Source: Fastidiosibacter lacustris
GTDB taxonomy: Bacteria; Pseudomonadota; Gammaproteobacteria; Francisellales; Francisellaceae
Length of the DNA stretch: 32,000 nucleotides
Reading direction: 5' to 3'
NCBI RefSeq assembly: GCF_003428155.1
Contig: NZ_QLIR01000001.1
Span: 30,001 to 62,000 of the forward strand
Shown: positions 26,268 through 32,000 of the stretch, piece by piece
How the letters are laid out: each line of letters starts with the position of its first letter
Position numbering within the stretch: the stretch's first letter is position 1
Program-made: the position numbers and the translations under genes
Notes under the pieces: model-generated
What the model saw: only the letters and a program-made list of their open reading frames with translations
What the model was told of the DNA's origin: nothing
Database searches by the model: none

Positions 26268-26975
26268 ATGAAGTATTTAACCAAATTGATTGCTCAAAAT
26301 CGCCAATGGGTTAGTGATATTAACAAAAGCCATCCTGGCTTTTTTGAAAAGTTATCAAAACAGCAGAATCCAGAATATCTGTGGATTGGATGTTCAGACA
26401 GCCGCGTACCTGCCAATGAGATTTTAGGATTACTGCCAGGGGATGTGTTCGTGCATCGCAATGTCGCTAATGTAGTAGTGCATTCAGATTTGAATTTTTT
26501 GTCGGTTCTGCAATATGCTGTTGATGTGTTGAAAGTTAAACACGTTTTAGTTTGTGGTCATTATGGCTGTGGTGGGATAAAGGCCGCGACTTTAAATGAA
26601 TCTCATGGGTTAATTGATAATTGGTTAAGACATGTGCAAGATGTGCAGTATAAGCATAAAGCATTGCTTGTTCCATTTGATCAAGGTGGTAGTTGTGAAA
26701 AACTATCAAAAGGCATCAATTGTAATCAGCAAAAACATGCGGTGATGTGTGAGTTAAATGTCGTTGAACAAGTTGTCAACGTTGCCAAAACTACAGTTAT
26801 TCAAGATGCGTGGAAAAGAAATCAAGAGGTTATGATCCACGGTTGTGTTTATGCATTATCGAATGGTTTGTTGCAACAGATTTCTTTTGGAGTTGATACC
26901 AACGATGAAATAGAACGATTCTATGAACAGGCGCTGACTAATATTAGTCGTGATTTATATAAGGATAAAATGTGA
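26268..26975 (+). CDS. can: Beta-class carbonic anhydrase
   Basis: Colinear with E. coli Can: GFFEKLS, WIGCSDSRVPA, FVHRNVAN, CGHYGCGG, CELNVVEQV. Confidence 0.92.
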   Translation: MKYLTKLIAQNRQWVSDINKSHPGFFEKLSKQQNPEYLWIGCSDSRVPANEILGLLPGDVFVHRNVANVVVHSDLNFLSVLQYAVDVLKVKHVLVCGHYGCGGIKAATLNESHGLIDNWLRHVQDVQYKHKALLVPFDQGGSCEKLSKGINCNQQKHAVMCELNVVEQVVNVAKTTVIQDAWKRNQEVMIHGCVYALSNGLLQQISFGVDTNDEIERFYEQALTNISRDLYKDKM

Positions 26976-27673
26976 TGAGTATGAGAAAATCAAATTTTTT
27001 TGGTTATTTTGCAATCGGCATTGGAGTGGCGTTAAGTGGTGCGTTTATCGCTTATGGGATATTAAATTTTCATTCATTTAACCGTTATGTTGGTGTTAAG
27101 GGGTTGGCTGAACAAACAGTAAAAGCAAACAAAGCGATTTGGAATATCAGCTATAGTGTGAATGCCAATACTTTAAAAGAAGTTTATCAGAAGATTGAGC
27201 ACGATCAATTGGTGATTAAAAATTTTATTACAGCAGCAGGATTAAGTATTGATAGCCTCCAATATGGAAGCATTTCATTAAATCAAAATACACATAATAA
27301 AGATCAGGTTAATACATCGAATTATAGTGCATATAGCAGTATGACCATTATTACTGATCAAGTGGATGTAATAGTGAAGTTTGTTCAAAAAACAAGTGAT
27401 TTGGTTGCAAAGGGCGTTGTAATTAGTAACAGCAATGTCAGTTACAAGTACACATTACTCAATGAGATTAAGCCTACAATGTTAGAAGAAGCGACGGAGA
27501 ATGCAAAAACAGCAGCGTTACAATTTGCTAAAAATGCACAAACACAGTTAGGTAGTATTCGTCAAGCAACACAAGGTGCCTTTACAATTGCAAATCAAGA
27601 TGCTTCATATGGTGATGGTGATCCATATAAGCTTGTGCGCGTCGTTGTTAATGCTGAATATTTTTTAGATTAA
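26975..27673 (+). CDS. SIMPL-domain (DUF541) protein with N-terminal membrane anchor/signal
   Basis: N-terminal hydrophobic helix, then the SIMPL-like pattern (GLAEQTVKAN...; KPTMLEEATENAKTAALQFAKNAQTQLGSIRQ). ATG at 26975 forms a TGATG overlap with the can stop. GTG at 26972 and ATG at 26981 are alternatives. Confidence 0.65.
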   Translation: MSMRKSNFFGYFAIGIGVALSGAFIAYGILNFHSFNRYVGVKGLAEQTVKANKAIWNISYSVNANTLKEVYQKIEHDQLVIKNFITAAGLSIDSLQYGSISLNQNTHNKDQVNTSNYSAYSSMTIITDQVDVIVKFVQKTSDLVAKGVVISNSNVSYKYTLLNEIKPTMLEEATENAKTAALQFAKNAQTQLGSIRQATQGAFTIANQDASYGDGDPYKLVRVVVNAEYFLD

Positions 27674-27688
27674 TGGAGAGTATTTTCA

Positions 27689-28912
27689 ATGAACAAAATC
27701 CTATTATGTGTAACAGGAAGTATTGCTGCTTATAAAGCGCTTGAGTTAACCAGGTTGTTGGTCAAAGCTGGTTGTGATGTTAAGGTTGTGTTAAGTCGCT
27801 CTGCACTTGAGTTTGTAACACCTTTAAGTTTTGAGGCCTTATGCAAACAAAAAAGCTATCAGGATTTATTTGAATATAGTGAAACTCCGATTGAACATAT
27901 TGAACTTGCGCGCTGGGCAGATAAAATCTTGATTGCGCCTGCTACAGCTAATACCTTGGCAAAGTTAGCATACGGTATAGCAGATGATTTATTAGGAAAT
28001 ATTATATTGGCAACAAAGAAGCCGATATATGTTGCACCTGCAATGAACAAACAGATGTGGCACAATAGCATTGTAAAGGAAAATGTTGCAAGGCTTGTAG
28101 CACGTCAATTTACCTTATTAGCACCTGATACAGGTGAACAGGCATGTGGAGAGATAGGTGAGGGTCGATTAATGGAACCTGAACTTATTGCGAAAATGGT
28201 ATTGCAAAATATATCAAAAATTGATAAAACCGTTGTGATTACAGCAGGTCCCACAGTCGAAGCGCTAGATCCTGTTCGTTATCTCTCAAATTACAGCTCA
28301 GGTAAAATGGGTTACGCTTTAGCGGATGCCTTTTATAATCTGGGTTGGCGCGTAGTTTTGATATCAGGTCCCACGGAGCTTAGTGCGTCGTATGGTATTC
28401 ATACAATTTATGTTAAAAGTGCAAAAGAAATGTATGATGCAGTGCATGAATATGTGGACAAAGCAGAGCTATTTATTGGAGCGGCAGCAGTGGCCGATTA
28501 TAGACCTCAAAGTTATGCAACTCATAAGATTAAGAAAATGAATGATGTTGATGATGAGCTAATACTCAAATTGAGTAAAAACGAAGATATCGTCAAAAGC
28601 GTTGCTAATTTGCAAAAGAATAGACCATTATGTGTTGTTGGCTTTGCCGCAGAAACAGACAATGCTAAAGTTTATGCTTTACAGAAGATAAGTGCTAAAA
28701 ACCTTGATTATTTAGTGTTGAATCAAGTGGATAATAAAACGGGCTTTCCATTTTATAGTGATCAAAATCAAGTACAAATATACGATAGAAAAGGACGTTT
28801 AGTGCTTGAATTGACTTTAATGTCAAAGTTAGATGTGGCATATCAGATTGCACATATGCTGTGTAATCGCTTGGCAAAAAAGGAAGAACAGGTAGAGCTA
28901 AATTATGGCTAG
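27689..28912 (+). CDS. coaBC: Bifunctional phosphopantothenoylcysteine decarboxylase / phosphopantothenate-cysteine ligase
   Basis: N-terminal flavoprotein domain (LLCVTGSIAAYKALEL, PAMNKQMW) and C-terminal CoaB domain (ITAGPTVEALDPVRYLSNYSSGKMG, AAVADYRP). Confidence 0.92.
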   Translation: MNKILLCVTGSIAAYKALELTRLLVKAGCDVKVVLSRSALEFVTPLSFEALCKQKSYQDLFEYSETPIEHIELARWADKILIAPATANTLAKLAYGIADDLLGNIILATKKPIYVAPAMNKQMWHNSIVKENVARLVARQFTLLAPDTGEQACGEIGEGRLMEPELIAKMVLQNISKIDKTVVITAGPTVEALDPVRYLSNYSSGKMGYALADAFYNLGWRVVLISGPTELSASYGIHTIYVKSAKEMYDAVHEYVDKAELFIGAAAVADYRPQSYATHKIKKMNDVDDELILKLSKNEDIVKSVANLQKNRPLCVVGFAAETDNAKVYALQKISAKNLDYLVLNQVDNKTGFPFYSDQNQVQIYDRKGRLVLELTLMSKLDVAYQIAHMLCNRLAKKEEQVELNYG

Positions 28913-30857
28913 AAGAATCAAACTGCTCTCCATGGAGCTATCTAATCAAATTGCAGCAGGAGAGGTCATCGAGCGTCCCTCTTCGATTGTGAAAGAACTG
29001 TTTGAAAATGCAATTGATGCAGGTGCAACTCAAATTATGCTTGAGTTAGAGCATGGTGGAAAAGAGAAAATATTGCTCCGTGATAATGGCTTTGGAATAG
29101 AGAAAGACGACTTAATATTAGCACTAACACCTCATGCTACAAGTAAGATCTATTCTTTAGAAGAGCTCGAAGCTATTCAAAGCATGGGCTTTAGAGGTGA
29201 GGCGTTAGCGAGTATTGGTTCAATTGCCAAAGTTAAAATTACTTCAAAAGTAGCTAATGCACCACATGCTTGGAGTATCAATAATCAGTTGGGTAATGAG
29301 CTTATTCCAGCTTCGCATCCAATAGGCACATCAATAGAGGTTGCTCAAGTTTTTTATAACACACCAGCACGGCGTAAGTTTTTAAAAGCAGAGCGTACTG
29401 AATATGCACATATTGATGATCTGATAAAGAAATTTATGTTATGTCATTTTGATATTGCGCTTACAATTTTGCATAATGGCAAGGAAGTGAAAAGCTTTCC
29501 AGTTGCTGATACACCACAAAAGCAACAAGCTCGAATTGCACAAATTTGTGGGGAAGAATTTATTGAAAATGCGATTATAGTCCAAGAGGCATCTATGGAT
29601 TTGACACTGCAAGGTTGGATTGCCAAACCGCAGTTTTCGAAATCACGTGCGGATTTACAATATTTTTATGTTAATGGACGCATTATCAAAGATAAGTTAA
29701 TTGCACATGCTATTAAACAAGCATATAAAGATGTGCTGCATCATTTACGTTATCCTGCTTTTATTTTATTCTTTAACATCAATCCTGCCACAGTAGATGT
29801 CAATGTGCATCCAACTAAACATGAACTGAGATTTAGAGAGTCGCGTTTGGTGCATGATTTTCTATTTGCTAAGATTCATCATGCCCTTTCCCATACAAGA
29901 CCAACATTATATGAAGAAGAAATAGAAGAAGAGCAAAGTCTGACGTATCAAGCACCAAGTTTAAAGCCAATGGAGAAAAATGAACTTGATAACAAAAGGC
30001 TTTATTGGCAAGATGATTCAAATCGACCTAATTATTCAAACAGCCAGCTTGCTCAAAGCCATAATCAAGATTTGAGGTTGTATGAAAGATTGATAGGTAA
30101 AGCTGCAAATCAATTTTCATCAACAGAAGAGCTTGCCTCAAACACAACCATAAAAAAAGATAAATGGCAATCTGCAACCCAGTTGAGTATGCCATTAGAT
30201 GAGTTAGATATCGACCATGAGATAGCTACAAAAGAAATACAAACAGTTCCACAGTTGCAACTAGAAGATAAAAAGTACCCATTAGGATTTGCTGTAGCAC
30301 AAGTGCATGGCATTTTTATCTTATCCCAAACCGAAGATGGCTTAATTGTTGTTGACATGCACGCCGCACATGAGCGTGTATTATATGAAAAAGTAAAAGC
30401 ATTATGGGCAAATAACAAGGTGGTTTCTCAGCAACTGCTGTTACCTATTACTTTTGAGTTAAGTACAATATTATTAGATGTTCTTCTTCAACATGAAAAA
30501 ATGTTAAGTAAACTGGGGTTTGTGTATGCTCCTTTGGGTGAGAAAACGTTGGTGGTGCGTGAAATCCCTGTTTATTTAAAAAGTAGCCATATAGAGGACT
30601 TATTGCTTAACATTGCCAAAAGTCTGGAGTTGAGTACCCAATCTAAAGAGATAGATGACTACATTAATCAAATTTTAGCTACGATGTCGTGTCATAAAGC
30701 CGTGCGTGCAAATGATAATTTGACTTTGCAAGAAATGAATCATTTATTACGTGAGATGGAGCAAACTGCACGTGCGGATCAATGTAATCACGGTCGTCCT
30801 ACGTGGGTTAAAGTAAGCGTTGCAGATTTAGATAAGCTTTTTATGCGTGGACAGTGA
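28905..30857 (+). CDS. mutL: DNA mismatch repair protein MutL
   Basis: GHKL ATPase N-terminus (LSNQIAAGEVIERPSSIVKELFENAIDAGAT, DNGFGI, GFRGEALASI, VNVHPTKHELRF) and a C-terminal dimerisation domain. It overlaps coaBC by 8 nt. Confidence 0.93.
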   Translation: MARRIKLLSMELSNQIAAGEVIERPSSIVKELFENAIDAGATQIMLELEHGGKEKILLRDNGFGIEKDDLILALTPHATSKIYSLEELEAIQSMGFRGEALASIGSIAKVKITSKVANAPHAWSINNQLGNELIPASHPIGTSIEVAQVFYNTPARRKFLKAERTEYAHIDDLIKKFMLCHFDIALTILHNGKEVKSFPVADTPQKQQARIAQICGEEFIENAIIVQEASMDLTLQGWIAKPQFSKSRADLQYFYVNGRIIKDKLIAHAIKQAYKDVLHHLRYPAFILFFNINPATVDVNVHPTKHELRFRESRLVHDFLFAKIHHALSHTRPTLYEEEIEEEQSLTYQAPSLKPMEKNELDNKRLYWQDDSNRPNYSNSQLAQSHNQDLRLYERLIGKAANQFSSTEELASNTTIKKDKWQSATQLSMPLDELDIDHEIATKEIQTVPQLQLEDKKYPLGFAVAQVHGIFILSQTEDGLIVVDMHAAHERVLYEKVKALWANNKVVSQQLLLPITFELSTILLDVLLQHEKMLSKLGFVYAPLGEKTLVVREIPVYLKSSHIEDLLLNIAKSLELSTQSKEIDDYINQILATMSCHKAVRANDNLTLQEMNHLLREMEQTARADQCNHGRPTWVKVSVADLDKLFMRGQ

Positions 30858-31147
30858 TTTAGTTTTATTGAACGTAATCAAAATCTGAAAAATACGAGTG
30901 ATATTTTGAAAAATAAGTGTGTGGGTAGAAAGTTTGAAATAGAATTTATGTAAAGACCAATTACATTATCGTGCACTAACTTGCTTTTTGAAAAAAGCGG
31001 CGTGATTATTTTAAGATTAAAGTACTCCTCAATATCAAAATCATTAAAAGTAAAAATAAAGAAAGAATTGGCAAGATTTTTGGGTAGTAAAAGCACTCAA
31101 AAAACTTGCTTTAAATCAAGATTCTTGAACAAATCTAGTTAAGGTGT

Positions 31148-31175
31148 TTGGTGATCGGATTAAATGGTGTATAAT
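31148..31175 (+). promoter_or_regulatory. Candidate sigma70 promoter: TTGGTG, 16 nt spacer, perfect TATAAT
   Basis: Read directly. The -10 at 31170-31175 is a perfect consensus and the -35 matches 3/6. It lies about 140 nt upstream of the trhO ATG. No experimental support. Confidence 0.3.
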
Positions 31176-31313
31176 GCGTACACTTTTGCTGGTGTGATGC
31201 AAAATATTCACGCGCTATGTCCCTTTGCGAATGATTTTGTAGGTTTTATGCCAAAAAAATTTGTGATGGATACAGTTGCTTAGTTTTGAATAATTTGGAA
31301 ATGAAGAATAGCT

Positions 31314-32000
31314 ATGCCAAACTACGTTGTGTCTGCGATGTATAAATTTGTCGCATTAGATGATTTTGAAGAACTTAGAGAACCTTTGTTAAAGGTGATG
31401 GAAAACAACCTTGTACGTGGCACACTATTGCTTGCTAAAGAAGGTATTAATGGGACGATTGCTGGCACTAAAGAAGGTATTGAAGCCGTACTTACGTATT
31501 TGAAATCCGATCAGCGCTTAGCCGATATCTCATCTAAAGAGTCGTATGATGATCATATCCCATTTAACCATGCCAAAGTTAAACTTAAAAAAGAAATCGT
31601 GACTTTAGGTGTAGAGGGGCTTAATCCACGTAAAGTATGTGGTACTTATGTTAAACCAAAAGATTGGAATGCTCTTATTTCAGATCCTGATGTGTTAGTT
31701 ATTGATACTCGTAATGACTATGAGATTGGAATTGGTACATTTAAAAATGCAATTAATCCACATACAGAAACATTTCGTCAATTTCCTGAGTACGTTGAAA
31801 AAAATTTGGATAAAAATAAACACAAAAAAGTTGCAATGTTTTGCACAGGTGGTATTCGCTGTGAAAAATCAACTGCCTTTTTGAAAGAAAAAGGTTTTGA
31901 AGAGGTATACCATCTTGAGGGTGGAATCTTAAAATATTTAGAAGAAGTACCAAAAGAAGAAAGTATGTGGGAAGGCGAGTGTTTTGTTTTTGACTCACGT
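31314..32000 (+). CDS. trhO: Rhodanese-domain tRNA uridine(34) hydroxylase TrhO/YceA (UPF0176), 3' end outside the window
   Basis: Hand translation of frame 3 from the ATG at 31314 gives 229 codons with no stop to the window edge: [25 protein letters not shown]...[11 protein letters not shown]...[19 protein letters not shown]...[17 protein letters not shown]...[14 protein letters not shown]...[11 protein letters not shown]. The CTGGIRCE rhodanese active-site loop is present. This ORF is absent from the supplied track, presumably because it has no stop. Confidence 0.88.
   Translation, partial: MPNYVVSAMYKFVALDDFEELREPLLKVMENNLVRGTLLLAKEGINGTIAGTKEGIEAVLTYLKSDQRLADISSKESYDDHIPFNHAKVKLKKEIVTLGVEGLNPRKVCGTYVKPKDWNALISDPDVLVIDTRNDYEIGIGTFKNAINPHTETFRQFPEYVEKNLDKNKHKKVAMFCTGGIRCEKSTAFLKEKGFEEVYHLEGGILKYLEEVPKEESMWEGECFVFDSR

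Noticed and set aside
26670-26747. An extra segment of about 14 aa (with Cys residues: ...GGSCEKLSKGINCNQQKHAVM) in the carbonic anhydrase, relative to my recollection of E. coli Can.
   Set aside because: It falls in a variable surface-loop region between conserved blocks. The catalytic Cys/His/Cys/Asp/Arg motifs are intact, and the comparison relies on a remembered sequence, so it is not worth a finding.
30878-31096. 72-aa minus-strand ORF in the mutL-trhO spacer.
   Set aside because: It has a GTG start, no SD, and a Phe/Ile/Asn/Lys-rich composition expected from translating AT-rich DNA. It is kept only as a remote possibility within the spacer finding.
1-32000. Search for mobile elements, genomic-island borders, CRISPR repeats, tRNA/rRNA genes, toxin-antitoxin pairs and restriction-modification or other defence cassettes.
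   Set aside because: I saw no transposase, integrase or recombinase motifs, no regularly spaced repeats, no tRNA-like T-loop context, no flanking direct repeats and no abrupt compositional shift. The window looks like core chromosome.

Overview
AT-rich (high-30s % GC by eye), densely packed bacterial chromosome. No rRNA, tRNA, CRISPR array, transposase, integrase or prophage signal was seen. All identifications rest on reading the supplied translations for family motifs; no database search was possible. Gene content suggests a gammaproteobacterium, probably Legionellales-like: very E. coli-like can, zntB and rnhA, a divergent pilT/yggS pair, and a PlaA-type GDSL lipase. That taxon call is inference only. 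Left third (1-8194): [NiFe]-hydrogenase maturation genes hypF(partial)-hypC-hypD-hypE run directly into a four-subunit hydrogenase in beta-gamma-delta-alpha order, the Pyrococcus hydBGDA / group 3b sulfhydrogenase layout, followed by a HoxN/NixA nickel permease. Junctions are mostly ATGA overlaps. Next come a CPA1 antiporter with a degenerate RCK-like tail, a solitary 1107-aa UvrD-helicase plus RecB-nuclease (AddA-like) gene, a 61-aa ORF, trkH, pilT, yggS, a lipobox-bearing GDSL lipase, a hotdog thioesterase, a SPOR protein, zntB, an unknown lipoprotein and a Bcr/CflA MFS pump. An 8-kb co-directional housekeeping array follows: aroA, yafS-like, rnhA, ansA, can, SIMPL, coaBC, mutL. After an unexplained 456-bp AT-rich spacer, a 3'-open trhO/yceA gene runs to the window edge; the ORF track does not list it. 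I found no clear-cut new system such as a defence island, toxin-antitoxin pair or secretion locus. The best candidates for follow-up are the group-3b-type hydrogenase operon (with an apparent His-to-Tyr change in the L1 motif), the partner-less AddA-like helicase-nuclease, the atypical GDSL lipase, the orphan lipoprotein with 11-bp-phased upstream repeats, and the mutL-trhO spacer. All are scored modestly.
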